DNA from: Candidatus Zixiibacteriota bacterium
GTDB taxonomy: Bacteria; Zixibacteria; MSB-5A5; UBA10806
Assembly (NCBI GenBank): GCA_024641335.1
Contig: JAHEDG010000007.1
Span: 18,061-82,060 of the forward strand
DNA: 64,000 bases
Direction of reading: 5' to 3'
Shown one piece after another: positions 19,206 through 29,586 of this stretch. The notes below the pieces were generated by a model that worked only from the letters and a program-made list of their open reading frames with translations, made no database searches and was not told the DNA's origin. The translations under genes were made by a program, and so were the position numbers. Within the stretch, counting starts at the first letter, position 1. Every line of letters begins with the position of its first letter.

Positions 19206-19446
19206 TTCTTCTCAATTTAATGTATTCAGCTAAACTCCATTTCAATCATATTCTGCATATTCGGAATTTGCCCACATTCAAAATTTCGAATGTGGGCGCC
19301 GGACCAGCTGATCCGTAATTACACGCGTCCACAGCCTGCGGATAGAATACCCGCTCGGCATTGGGAAGGCGAGGCCCCGTCCTTCTACTTTAAGGGGTAT
19401 AACAAAACTAATGCTGAAAGCACCTGGAATGGCAGTTCGATCATTC

Positions 19447-21669
19447 TCAGGTCTTGATGACGCTTTCCATATAGGCGGGTATAGCGCCTTCGTAGCCCCG
19501 GCGCAATTTGGCGACAGGCATATCGATCAATTCGTTGATTTTCAGATCAGGTCCGCCGGTGGTTCCGATTTTTTGTACGGGCAGATCGTATTTCGCGGCG
19601 ATATTCTCAATAGTTATCGCACCTGCGGGGGCGGCGGTGAATATCACTCTCGATTGGGTTTCGCCGAAGAGGAGGCTATCGGGCCTGATACCGACATCGA
19701 GAGTTAGCTGGGCCCCGATGCCGTTGGGGAAACAGCATTCGGCCAGAGCCACGGCCAGACCTCCGTCGGAAATATCCTGGGCGGAGAGAACGATTTTCGA
19801 GCGAATCAGCTCCAGTATCAGATCGATGGTTTTTTTGTGGTTTTCCAGGTTTATCAGAGGCAATTTTCCGGTGACCTTATTGTGGATGGTCTTTAGGTAT
19901 TCGGAGCCTCCCAGTTCGTCTTTGGTCTGTCCGATCAGATAGATATGATGCCCGGCCTCTTTGAAAGAAATGGTGGTGATATGCGATGTATTCTCGATAA
20001 CTCCGACCATACCGATGACCGGGGTAGGGTAAACGGCTCGTTCTGGATCTTCGTTATAGAAGCTGACGTTACCGCCGGTAACCGGGGTTTCAAAGGCGGC
20101 GCAGGCTTCGCCCATACCGGCTACGGATTCGGCGAACTGATAATAGATTTCGGGATCGTGGGGATTGCCGAAATTGAGGCAGTTGGTCACTCCCACAGGT
20201 CGTCCTCCGGATACGGCGACATTAAGGGCCGATTCGGCGACGGCGATTTTGGCACCCTGGCGGGGATCGAGATAGCAGTATCGTCCGTTGCAATCGGTGG
20301 AAACAGCGAGAGCCTTATCTGTTTTTCTGATCCTGATTATTCCGGCCGACGAGCCGGGGCCTACAGCTGTTGAAGTTCTGACGCTGGTATCGTACTGCTG
20401 GTAGACCCATTTTTTCGAGGCGATATTTGGCGAGGCCAGTAGTTTTTCGAGGGCTTCATTCATATCTCCTGCCGCTGGAACGGACATGAGATTGAATTTT
20501 TGATGTTTATCGAGGTAATCGGGCCGTTTCTGCTGTCTGATATAAACCGGGGCGCCTCCGCCCAGAACGAGTGAATCGGCAGGTATATCGGCTACTTTGC
20601 CACCGTTGGAGTTGACAATCAATTGTCCGCCGTCGATAACCGAACCGATTTCCACGGCATGGAGGCCCCATTTTTCGAAGATTTTTTTGACCTCGGCGAT
20701 ATTCTCCGGGGCGCAGACTACCAGCATTCTCTCCTGGGATTCGGAGAGCATGATCTCGTAGGGGGTCATAGCCTCTTCCCTGACCGGCACCTTATCGATA
20801 TCGATACGCATACCGGATTTGCCCTTAGCGGACATTTCGGAGGAGGAACAGGTGATTCCGGCGGCACCCATATCCTGGATTCCGACCAGCAGTTTTTTTC
20901 TGATGATTTCAAGGCTGGCTTCCAGGAGAAGTTTTTCGGTAAAGGGATCGCCGATCTGGACCGACGGCCTGCGGGCTTCCGATTTTTCGGAGAGCTCTTC
21001 GGAGGCGAATGTGGCTCCGTGGATGCCGTCGCGGCCGGTGGATGATCCGACTATCAGGGCGACATTTCCTGTTCCTTTGCTGACAGCGGATACCAGTTCG
21101 GAGTGTTTGGCAATTCCGACGGCCATAGCGTTGACCAGGGGATTGCCGGTGTAAGCGTCCTCAAAATAGATTTCTCCGCCGATATCGGGGACTCCGAAGC
21201 AGTTACCGTAATCGCCGATACCCCTGATAACGCCGTCAAATAGATAACGTACCCTGGGGTTTTCCAAAGATCCGAAACGGAGGGAGTTGAGTACGGCCAC
21301 AGGCCTGGCTCCCATAGTGAAGATATCCCGGAGGATGCCTCCCACGCCGGTAGCCGCTCCCTGGTACGGCTCCACGGCCGAGGGGTGATTATGCGATTCG
21401 ATTTTGAAGACCACGGCCAGGCCGTCGCCTATATCAATCGCCCCGGCGTTTTCGTCCCCCGCTTTGGCCAAAAGGGCGGGGCCTTCCCGCGGCAGGGTTT
21501 TGAGTTGGGCGATGGAATTTTTGTAGGAGCAATGCTCGGACCACATTACGGAATAAATGCCGATTTCGGTGAAGGTTGGGGTTCGTCCCAGTATTTCGGT
21601 AATCTGCTGATATTCTTCTTCGCTCAGGCCGTGATCCTTAGCCGTTTTCAAATCCACAGTCGGTTCCAT
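19447..21669 (-). CDS. purL: Phosphoribosylformylglycinamidine synthase subunit PurL
   Basis: 740 aa with duplicated AIR-synthase-like PurM domains ([34 protein letters not shown]). Confidence 0.95.
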   Translation of the reverse strand: MEPTVDLKTAKDHGLSEEEYQQITEILGRTPTFTEIGIYSVMWSEHCSYKNSIAQLKTLPREGPALLAKAGDENAGAIDIGDGLAVVFKIESHNHPSAVEPYQGAATGVGGILRDIFTMGARPVAVLNSLRFGSLENPRVRYLFDGVIRGIGDYGNCFGVPDIGGEIYFEDAYTGNPLVNAMAVGIAKHSELVSAVSKGTGNVALIVGSSTGRDGIHGATFASEELSEKSEARRPSVQIGDPFTEKLLLEASLEIIRKKLLVGIQDMGAAGITCSSSEMSAKGKSGMRIDIDKVPVREEAMTPYEIMLSESQERMLVVCAPENIAEVKKIFEKWGLHAVEIGSVIDGGQLIVNSNGGKVADIPADSLVLGGGAPVYIRQQKRPDYLDKHQKFNLMSVPAAGDMNEALEKLLASPNIASKKWVYQQYDTSVRTSTAVGPGSSAGIIRIRKTDKALAVSTDCNGRYCYLDPRQGAKIAVAESALNVAVSGGRPVGVTNCLNFGNPHDPEIYYQFAESVAGMGEACAAFETPVTGGNVSFYNEDPERAVYPTPVIGMVGVIENTSHITTISFKEAGHHIYLIGQTKDELGGSEYLKTIHNKVTGKLPLINLENHKKTIDLILELIRSKIVLSAQDISDGGLAVALAECCFPNGIGAQLTLDVGIRPDSLLFGETQSRVIFTAAPAGAITIENIAAKYDLPVQKIGTTGGPDLKINELIDMPVAKLRRGYEGAIPAYMESVIKT

Positions 21670-21760
21670 CTAAGCTCCCGTTTCCCATCTATGATCATAT
21701 CTCCCGTTAATGGAAGACAGACGATTTTTCGAGAAGTTCGGATTGTAATGACGATCCATA

Positions 21761-22507
21761 TTATTTCAACGATTTTAGTTTAAATCCGGTTTCATCGAGA
21801 ACAACATAACTAAAGCTATTGAAAAAATCACCGCAATTAACGTAGAGGCCTCCGCCGGTATGTTCGATTTCCGGTTTGTGCACGTGTCCCATGATTACTG
21901 CGTCATACCCCTTTTCGAAGAATCGGCGGGCGAATTCTTTATAATCGCTGGAATCCTTGAGATCCCGGTTATCAGTGTATTCGCGGGAGATATGGGAAGT
22001 TCCCATAGCCAGGCGGTAGGCCAGGTTAACCGGCAGCTGAGAATAGAGCCAGACGCAGAAACGGTTTCGGAAAATCTTTTTAATAAAACGATACCCCCGG
22101 TCGCTTACCCTGATACCGTCACCGTGGGTGATCAGGATTTTTTTACGGAAGTGCTCTGTCTGGTGGATATCGTTCGTAAGCTCAACTCCAGCTTGCCGTT
22201 TCAAATAATCGCGCATCCAGAAATCATGATTTCCGGGGATATAAAAGATCTTGATACCGGCCCCGGTCAGGTTCAGAAGAGCGGCAAGGACATTGAGGTA
22301 GGCTGCCGGGACGGCGTATTTGTATTCGAACCAGAAATCGAAAAGATCGCCGACGATATAGAGGTGGGAACCGTCCGCGAGAACCATGCGAAAAAGATCG
22401 AGGAGTTTGGTTTCTCTTTCCGACGGACTTTCCCTTATGCCGAGATGGGCGTCGGAGACGAAATATACCTTTCTCCCGGATGTAACTCCTTGCTCCATAG
22501 CCCGCAT
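21761..22507 (-). CDS. lpxH: UDP-2,3-diacylglucosamine diphosphatase
   Basis: Calcineurin-like phosphoesterase with VSDAHLG, GDLFDFWFEY, PGNHDFW and THGD, as in LpxH. Confidence 0.8.
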   Translation of the reverse strand: MRAMEQGVTSGRKVYFVSDAHLGIRESPSERETKLLDLFRMVLADGSHLYIVGDLFDFWFEYKYAVPAAYLNVLAALLNLTGAGIKIFYIPGNHDFWMRDYLKRQAGVELTNDIHQTEHFRKKILITHGDGIRVSDRGYRFIKKIFRNRFCVWLYSQLPVNLAYRLAMGTSHISREYTDNRDLKDSSDYKEFARRFFEKGYDAVIMGHVHKPEIEHTGGGLYVNCGDFFNSFSYVVLDETGFKLKSLK

Positions 22508-22601
22508 TATAATATAATCATGAATGATGGAGCAAAAGGAATTTGGGCGCGTATATATTTAGCGGCGCGGAAAATGGGCAAATTCGAGGAAGAAAGGTCT
22601 G

Positions 22602-23864
22602 ATGGATAAATTTATTGTAAATGGCGGGAAGAAACTATCGGGAAGCGTGCGTATTTCGGGTTCCAAGAACGCGGCTCTTCCGATTATAGTGGCGTCCCTT
22701 TTGGGCGAAAAGGGCAAGACGGTTTTGACCAATGTGCCTGACCTGATGGATATATCGACGATAAAGGGGGTTATCGAGGGCCTGGGAGCGACAGTGGAGT
22801 ATGACAGAGAAGCGGGAACGATGATAATCGACGCTTCGGAGCTGACAAGCCATATAGCCCCTTACGAGTTAGTACGCAAAATGCGAGCGTCGTTTTTGGT
22901 GATGGGGCCGCTTTTAAGCCGTTTGAGGAAGGCCCGTGTTTCTCTGCCCGGCGGATGTGTTCTCGGCCCCAGACCTGTGGATCAGCATATTATGGGGTTT
23001 CGGAAATTGGGGGCGTCGGTAACCGAGAGCGAGGGGTATATCAACGCCGAGGCGAAGGATCTGCTCGGGGCGGAGGTATTTTTTGACCGGCCGACTCATA
23101 CAGGGACGGAAAATGTCATGACGGCCGCGGTGCTGGCCAGCGGAAAAACCACGCTAATCAACGCCGCCTGCGATCCGGAGGTAATAGACCTGGCGGAATA
23201 TCTGATCAAGATGGGAGCGAGGATCGATGGGGCTGGTACTCCGCGAATCGAGATTACCGGGGTGAAGAGCTTAAAGGGCGCCGAACATTCCATTTTACCC
23301 GACCGTCTCGAAGCGGGCACTTATATATTAGCTGTAGGAGCCTGCGGCGGAGAGATCGAGCTGACCGGCGCGAGGGCGTCGGATAACGAGATATTGCTCT
23401 CGAAGCTGGCAGAATCGGGGATGGAATTCAAGATCGGCAAGGATAGTATAACGGCGCGCCGTAACGGCCGTCCGGGGGCGTTCAGAATAACTACTTATCC
23501 ATTTCCCGGTTTTGCCACCGATCTTCAGGCGTCGGCCATGGCTTTCGCCTCCATAGGCAATGGAACGTCGTATATCCGCGAGACTGTATTTACCGAGAGA
23601 TTCACTCATGTCATGGAGTTCAAACGTCTGGGAGCGGATATACAGGTCATGGGTGATGAGGCGTTGATAACCGGAGTCGAGAGGCTCAACGGTGCGTCGG
23701 TAATGGCCTCGGATATTCGGGCTGGGGCCGGTTTGGTGATCATGACATTGGCCGCGTTCGGGCAATCGGAGATACTTCGTGTTTATCATATAGACCGGGG
23801 TTATGAATCGATTGAAAAGAAAATATCCGCATTGGGCGGAAATATTATCCGTTCTCAAGTGTAG
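22602..23864 (+). CDS. murA: UDP-N-acetylglucosamine 1-carboxyvinyltransferase
   Basis: GSKNAALPI, the active-site Cys loop LPGGCVLGPRPVDQH, and GFATDLQA. Length is 420 aa. Confidence 0.95.
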   Translation: MDKFIVNGGKKLSGSVRISGSKNAALPIIVASLLGEKGKTVLTNVPDLMDISTIKGVIEGLGATVEYDREAGTMIIDASELTSHIAPYELVRKMRASFLVMGPLLSRLRKARVSLPGGCVLGPRPVDQHIMGFRKLGASVTESEGYINAEAKDLLGAEVFFDRPTHTGTENVMTAAVLASGKTTLINAACDPEVIDLAEYLIKMGARIDGAGTPRIEITGVKSLKGAEHSILPDRLEAGTYILAVGACGGEIELTGARASDNEILLSKLAESGMEFKIGKDSITARRNGRPGAFRITTYPFPGFATDLQASAMAFASIGNGTSYIRETVFTERFTHVMEFKRLGADIQVMGDEALITGVERLNGASVMASDIRAGAGLVIMTLAAFGQSEILRVYHIDRGYESIEKKISALGGNIIRSQV

Positions 23865-23944
23865 CACTATTATAAGTATCGGAACTATGGCTTGAGGGCG
23901 GTGGTTAGTAAGATCGGCGAAATATCAGACTTAGGGGTAAAACG

Positions 23945-26900
23945 ATGACCTTCAGGAACGCGTTACTGCTATCATCTATTCTATTGTATTCCGGCGGCAC
24001 AAGCGCGCAGGAGACCTATTTCGGTCAAAACAAGGTGCAGTACCGTGATTTTGACTGGTACTACATTCAGACGTCGCATTTCGATCTGTATTTTTACGAA
24101 AACGAGGATTCTCTGGCGGTATTCGCGGCCGAGGCTTTGGAGAAGGCTTTTACCGAGATTCATGCGGAATTGAATTACAGCCTTTCAGACCGGGTGCCGG
24201 TAATCGTTTACGCGTCACACAACGAATTTCAGCAGACCAATGTCATAAACGAGATAATTCCGGAGGGAGTAGGCGGTTTTACGGAGGTTTTCCAGAACCG
24301 CATTGTGATACCGTTTACCGGCTCCTACGAGGATTTTCGTCATGTTCTTCATCATGAGCTGACCCACGCGGTAATATTCGATCTGCTCTACGGCGGGGCT
24401 TTGGGTTCGGTATTTTCGAAGGAAGCGCTGTTTCGTCCTCCGCTTTGGTTTTCGGAGGGTTACGCGGAGTATTCATCGCGGCACGGCTGGGATCTGGAAG
24501 CCGATATGTTCATGCGTGACGCCACAATCGAGGGGTATCTTCCCCCGCTGATGTATTTGGACGGTTTCATAGCGTATAAGGGCGGTCAGTCGGCGTTGAA
24601 TTTCATAGTGGAGAAATACGGTCAGGAGAAGATCCTGGAAATTCTAAGCAGAGGCAAGGGGATGATCTCGATGGAGCGTGCGTCCAAATCGGCCCTGGGA
24701 GTTTCCCTGGAGGATTTATCCGACGAGTGGCAGAAGGCGTTAAAGAGGATGTACTGGCCGGAGATCGCCGAGAGGAAAGAGCCTGAGGAATTAGGTAAGG
24801 CGCTGACCGATCATACCAAGGACGGTTCGATCTACAATCAGAAGCCGGAATGGTCTCCCAAGGGTGACAGGCTGGCGTTTTTCTCCGACAAGTCGAATCC
24901 GCAGAACGGATATTCGGACCGTTATAATGAGATATATGTCATATCGACTGTGGACGGCACGGTGATATCGCGTCCGGTCAAGGCTGAACGGTCGGGCGAT
25001 TTGGAATCGCTGCATTCGTATTTATCGGGGCTGGCCTGGTCACCTGACGGCAAGCGTGTGGCTTTCATAAGCAAGAGTCACGGTCATGACGCTTTATTTA
25101 TTGTCGACGCCTCCAGCGGGAAACGGCGCAAGAGGATCGAGTTGGAGCTTACCGGAATGAGGAATCCGTCATGGTCGCCGGACGGCGGAAAGATAGCGTT
25201 CGAGGGGATGAAGAACGGCTTTACCGATCTTTATGTTTATCAACTGGAATCGGGGCATTTGGATCGTCTTATGAAGGATCGGTACGACGATAACGATCCA
25301 TCGTGGTCGCCGGACGGCCGGTACCTGGCATTCTCTTCGGACCGCGGCCCGCAGGCGATCGACAGTACGGGATTCGAACCGGGCAATTATAATATATACA
25401 CAATTCTGATGGAGACCGGGGAGATCCGTCAGCTGACAGACAATCCATATAAAAATATCCAGCCGGCATTTTCCCCGGACGGCAAGCGGATAGCATTTGT
25501 CTCCAACCGGAACGGCATCGACAACATCTATCTTTACGACATGCAGACAGAATCCGATTTTCCGATCACCAATATCATCTCCGGCGCGTTCACTCCGTCG
25601 TGGGCGCCTGAAGGGGACAAATTGGCGATTTCCGCATTCAACAAGTACGGATTCGATATATATATTCTGAAGGATTTAAAGAACGTAAGCGGTGAAAACG
25701 GGGAGTTGAGCCTGACGCCGTATATGCAGAAGCTTCGGAACAAGGACAAAAACATATTTGTGCCGGAGCCCGAGATCATTATAGCCGAAAGCGAGCCGGA
25801 GTCGGATACGACGGCTGATAAGGCGGTCGATTTGAGCACATATGTTTTCAGGGCCGGAGAGAAGATACTGGATGAGAGGAGCGGCAAGTCTCATCGTGAT
25901 TCCACATTGGAATCGGCCTCGATTCCTCTCAAGGATACGTTGGAGTACCTGGCTCCCGACGGCAGTTATAAGCAGAATAAATACAGATTGAAATTCGCTC
26001 CGGAGCTGATAACGGGCGGTCTTTCGTACGATAATTTTTACGGATTGCGGGGCCAGTCGTTTCTGGCAATCTCAGATATTTTCGGGGATCATCATTTTTA
26101 TGTAATCACCGATCTGGTCAACAGTATCGATCAATCGAACATTCAGATAAGCTATGGCTACACTCCGAGGAGGATCGATTACGCCGCGGGGATATTTCAT
26201 TTCAAGGATGTTTACTACGATGATTACAAGGGGTTTTTCTTTTCCGATCGAGTTTACGGCGCCCAGGGTCACGCCAGCTATCCGTTTTCCCGTTTTTCAC
26301 GTCTCGATCTGGCGTTGACGCAATTGACCATATCGAGGGAAAATTATTCGAATTTCGAGAAGAACGCGACCACCAATCTTTTTTCTCCGACTCTGGAGTT
26401 TGTAAACGACGCGGTGATCTGGGGAATAGTCGGTCCGGTATCGGGTCAGAGATACAAGGTAAGTCTGGAGCAATCTTTGAAGGCGGTGGATAACGGTTTA
26501 TCTTATACCGCGATCCAATTCGATTATCGCCATTACTGGCATTTCTGGGGGCGATATAATTTCGCGCTGCGCATGGGAGGCGGGACATCGGGCGGTTCCG
26601 ACGCCAAGCAGTTTCATCTGGGAGGCTCATCAAACTGGATCGGGCCGAAGCGGGATCGGGCCGATATTTTCAATGTCAAGGATATCTATGTGAACGAGAT
26701 CGTGGTTCCTCTTCGCGGATATAGCTATTTCAAGGATTCGGGGAGCAATTTCGGCATACTCAACCTGGAATTCCGTTATCCGTTCATAGATTATTTCCAG
26801 CTTCATTTTCCTCTGCCGATAGCGCTTCAGCAGGTATCGGGAGCGATATTCTGGGATATGGGCGCGGCCTGGAACAAAAACAGCGAGATACCGTTCAGGG

Positions 26901-27097
26901 CCGGCCAGGGGCTCAATGTTCAGAGTCCTGATGAATTCGGCAACCCGGTAAGCGACGGAGTCCTGGGGGGATTCGGAATAGGCGCGCGGGCCAACTTAGG
27001 GATATTCGTTTTGCGGGTCGATATGGCCTGGGCGACCGATTTGGATTATGTCGCTCCGAAACCGGAGACATATTTCTCATTCGGGGCGGAATTTTAA
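23945..27097 (+). CDS. Large envelope protein: N-terminal HExxH peptidase-like domain + TolB-type beta-propeller repeats + C-terminal Omp85/surface-antigen-like barrel
   Basis: Signal peptide and a HELTHAV motif. There are at least 6 repeats of the W/F-SPDG-K/R-x-[IL]AF type (PEWSPKGDRLAFFSD, LAWSPDGKRVAFISK, PSWSPDGGKIAFEG, PSWSPDGRYLAFSSD, PAFSPDGKRIAFVSN, PSWAPEGDKLAISA). The C-terminal ~350 aa have alternating beta-strand character and end in ...YFSFGAEF. Confidence 0.6.
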   Translation: MTFRNALLLSSILLYSGGTSAQETYFGQNKVQYRDFDWYYIQTSHFDLYFYENEDSLAVFAAEALEKAFTEIHAELNYSLSDRVPVIVYASHNEFQQTNVINEIIPEGVGGFTEVFQNRIVIPFTGSYEDFRHVLHHELTHAVIFDLLYGGALGSVFSKEALFRPPLWFSEGYAEYSSRHGWDLEADMFMRDATIEGYLPPLMYLDGFIAYKGGQSALNFIVEKYGQEKILEILSRGKGMISMERASKSALGVSLEDLSDEWQKALKRMYWPEIAERKEPEELGKALTDHTKDGSIYNQKPEWSPKGDRLAFFSDKSNPQNGYSDRYNEIYVISTVDGTVISRPVKAERSGDLESLHSYLSGLAWSPDGKRVAFISKSHGHDALFIVDASSGKRRKRIELELTGMRNPSWSPDGGKIAFEGMKNGFTDLYVYQLESGHLDRLMKDRYDDNDPSWSPDGRYLAFSSDRGPQAIDSTGFEPGNYNIYTILMETGEIRQLTDNPYKNIQPAFSPDGKRIAFVSNRNGIDNIYLYDMQTESDFPITNIISGAFTPSWAPEGDKLAISAFNKYGFDIYILKDLKNVSGENGELSLTPYMQKLRNKDKNIFVPEPEIIIAESEPESDTTADKAVDLSTYVFRAGEKILDERSGKSHRDSTLESASIPLKDTLEYLAPDGSYKQNKYRLKFAPELITGGLSYDNFYGLRGQSFLAISDIFGDHHFYVITDLVNSIDQSNIQISYGYTPRRIDYAAGIFHFKDVYYDDYKGFFFSDRVYGAQGHASYPFSRFSRLDLALTQLTISRENYSNFEKNATTNLFSPTLEFVNDAVIWGIVGPVSGQRYKVSLEQSLKAVDNGLSYTAIQFDYRHYWHFWGRYNFALRMGGGTSGGSDAKQFHLGGSSNWIGPKRDRADIFNVKDIYVNEIVVPLRGYSYFKDSGSNFGILNLEFRYPFIDYFQLHFPLPIALQQVSGAIFWDMGAAWNKNSEIPFRAGQGLNVQSPDEFGNPVSDGVLGGFGIGARANLGIFVLRVDMAWATDLDYVAPKPETYFSFGAEF

Positions 27098-27271
27098 GCG
27101 TCGAGAATAGCGAGCGGCGATAATCCGGCCATTCTGCCAGGGCGGGATCGGCCGCTGTCAGATCTTTACAATCTTATATCTTCAAATACTTTATCACTCA
27201 CAGTGTAGAATTGAATTGACATTTTTCCATTTATGGATAAATTTAGACAAAAACCGGAAAGGGTTTTTAAG

Positions 27272-29035
27272 ATGATTTTAATCAGGACTGCCTTAATAAT
27301 CGGGATATTGACTTCCATATTATATGCCGACAACCCGATGGCTTCGTTGGAATTAATAGATACGGATTACGGCTCCGGGGCATTAACATTAACGGAGATG
27401 TTGACTTACAAAGCCATAACGCTGACCGCTCCGGAATCATTACCCGCACGTTATCGGTTGGATCGTCCGATGAAGGACGGCACCCAGATAGTGATGGAAA
27501 TCAAGAATAACTGGATTTTGAGCGATCCGGAGTTCCGTCGGGATTTTTCGTTTCTTTTGACCAGGGTCGATAAGCAGGCTTATTTCGATTCGCCGTCGGG
27601 TTTTTTCCGAATTCACTATGATACGACCGGCGGGCACGCGGTATATCAGCCGGGCACTGATGTAGATCCTCATGACGGAGTACCGGATTATGTCAACAGG
27701 ACAGCGGAGTATTTCGATCTGGCCTGGCATATAGAATGCGACAGTCTGGGGTATGATACTCCGCCGTTCGACGGAGCACGCGGAGGGGGCCAGGATCTTT
27801 ATGACGTTTATATGCATCGATTTTCGGGCGCTTACGGGGTTACTTTTCCGGAGTTATCGTCAAACCAGAGGCCGGGGAGGAATAACGATTATTGCAGTTA
27901 TATTTATGTAGATCCGACTTATAGCGGATTCGGCTATAACGACCGCACTCTTCCGATGAAGGTAACGTCGGCGCACGAATTTTTCCACGCCTCACAGTTC
28001 GCCTACAATGTTAACGCCGGCGCCTGGTACATGGAAAACTGCGCGACCTGGATGGAGGATATCCTCTGGGATGATATCAACGATAACTACGCTTATTTGG
28101 GGTATTTTCTGAATAATCCGAACAAAGCGATAAGTTTTACCAATGGCGGATTCGAATACGGGGCTTTTCTCTGGCCGATGTTTCTTTATGAGAGCTGGGG
28201 GCATGATTTTATCCGTATCTCGTGGGAATACACCATAAATTACCCTGCCCTGACGGCGTTGGAAAGGACCTGCGAGGATAACGCCACATTTTTGGAAGAA
28301 CAGTACACTGTTTATTCGCTCTGGAATTACCTGACCAACGTCAGGAGCGACGGCAATCATTATGAGGAAGGTTCCAACTATATTCCCGCCTGGACCATGC
28401 GGACACACACATCGTACCCGGTGGAGAATCTGTCATCGACCAGGCGCGCGGACGCTTTGGGATGCAATTACATCATGTTCAGGAACAACGGGCAGGAGGG
28501 GAATCTTCAGATAACATTCGACGGGCTGGACAACCAGATCTGGTACGTACAAGTCATCAAGGCGGTATCCAACAGCAGCCATGTTTACGATTTCATCGAC
28601 TTGAACTTCCGCAACGAAGGGGAATACGCGGTGGAGGATTTCGGACAGTACGAGTGGGTGGCCCTGGCGGCCGATCTGATTCAGGGTTCATTGGGTGATT
28701 ACGATTATTCCGCGTATATATTACAGACGGGCATAGGATCGGAGAGCGCGGAATTGCCTCAAGAGCCGATACTCCGGGGGAATTATCCGAATCCGTTCAA
28801 CCCGGAGACGATGATATCGGTATATTCGCCGTCGGAGCAAAAGGCGCAACTGACGGTGTATGATATCATGGGACGAAAATCTGTGGAGAGATCGATTGAT
28901 CTTTCCGCGGGCGAGAATAATATCCCGTTAAGAATTGATGGTTCGGACGACGGGAGAGATTCGGGCGGCGTATATTTTTACAGGATCTCATGGGGCGGAT
29001 ACGAATTTAACGGCAAGATGCTTTATCTCAAGTAG
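27272..29035 (+). CDS. Secreted putative zinc metalloprotease (HEFFH motif, MXAN_6640-like) with a T9SS-type C-terminal domain
   Basis: Signal-like MILIRTALIIGILTSILYA from ATG 27272; the ORF track starts at 27233. TSAHEFFHASQFAYN is an HExxH motif. The C-terminus reads GNYPNPFNPETMISVY...GVYFYRISWGGYEFNGKMLYLK. Confidence 0.55.
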   Translation: MILIRTALIIGILTSILYADNPMASLELIDTDYGSGALTLTEMLTYKAITLTAPESLPARYRLDRPMKDGTQIVMEIKNNWILSDPEFRRDFSFLLTRVDKQAYFDSPSGFFRIHYDTTGGHAVYQPGTDVDPHDGVPDYVNRTAEYFDLAWHIECDSLGYDTPPFDGARGGGQDLYDVYMHRFSGAYGVTFPELSSNQRPGRNNDYCSYIYVDPTYSGFGYNDRTLPMKVTSAHEFFHASQFAYNVNAGAWYMENCATWMEDILWDDINDNYAYLGYFLNNPNKAISFTNGGFEYGAFLWPMFLYESWGHDFIRISWEYTINYPALTALERTCEDNATFLEEQYTVYSLWNYLTNVRSDGNHYEEGSNYIPAWTMRTHTSYPVENLSSTRRADALGCNYIMFRNNGQEGNLQITFDGLDNQIWYVQVIKAVSNSSHVYDFIDLNFRNEGEYAVEDFGQYEWVALAADLIQGSLGDYDYSAYILQTGIGSESAELPQEPILRGNYPNPFNPETMISVYSPSEQKAQLTVYDIMGRKSVERSIDLSAGENNIPLRIDGSDDGRDSGGVYFYRISWGGYEFNGKMLYLK

Positions 29036-29043
29036 GGAGGAAA

Positions 29044-29586
29044 ATGAAATTAGGTGGAATTATCGCCGTATCGGCTGTCTTGCTGGCGGCATCCTCGGCG
29101 AACGGCCAGGATTTCAAGTCGAAAACAGCCCCGGATTTCACGCTGCCGGGGATCAACGGCTCATTGATGACCCTTTCGAAGCAATATGGCGAAGGCCCCG
29201 TTTATATATCGTTCTGGGCCACCTGGTGCAAACCGTGCCGGGAGGAGCTGAAGATAATCCAGGGGCTTTATGAGAAGTATTCGGACAGAGGTTTTAAGGT
29301 TATCGCTATCAACACTGAAGGTCCGAAGGCCGAAGGCAAGATCAAGAGCTTTGTAAAATCGAACGGCTGGACATTCGACGTTCTTCTGGACAAGGACGGG
29401 GAAGTATTCCGCCGTAAATATAAGGGCTTTGCCATGCCTTTTACAGTCATGACCGATTCGGATGGGAATATCGTATTCTCAACGGTTGGTTTCAAGCCGG
29501 GGGACGAGAAGGAGATCGAGGATCTGATTCTCAAGAATCTTCCTCCATCGAAAGACAACAGCGAAGATTCCGGGTCGGAGGATTAG
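29044..29586 (+). CDS. TlpA/ResA-family periplasmic thiol-disulfide oxidoreductase
   Basis: Signal peptide and a thioredoxin motif FWATWCKPCREE. The size is typical of TlpA. Confidence 0.85.
   Translation: MKLGGIIAVSAVLLAASSANGQDFKSKTAPDFTLPGINGSLMTLSKQYGEGPVYISFWATWCKPCREELKIIQGLYEKYSDRGFKVIAINTEGPKAEGKIKSFVKSNGWTFDVLLDKDGEVFRRKYKGFAMPFTVMTDSDGNIVFSTVGFKPGDEKEIEDLILKNLPPSKDNSEDSGSED

Noticed and set aside
19270-19297. 10-bp-stem hairpin GCCCACATTC/GAATGTGGGC between the convergent DUF4416 and purL genes, considered as a bidirectional intrinsic terminator.
   Set aside because: There is no T-tract on either strand after the stem, so it is not called as a terminator. It may still be a transcript-stabilising or REP-type hairpin.
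21860-22609. 249-aa plus-strand ORF opposite lpxH. Similar long antisense ORFs include 23328-23867 opposite murA, 16925-17485 opposite hutU, 34812-35363 opposite the LeuC-like gene, 51026-51655 opposite the sigma factor and 62645-63217 opposite tetR.
   Set aside because: Each is the mirror frame of a gene with strong family signatures. None has recognisable motifs or a plausible RBS. This is a typical antisense open frame.
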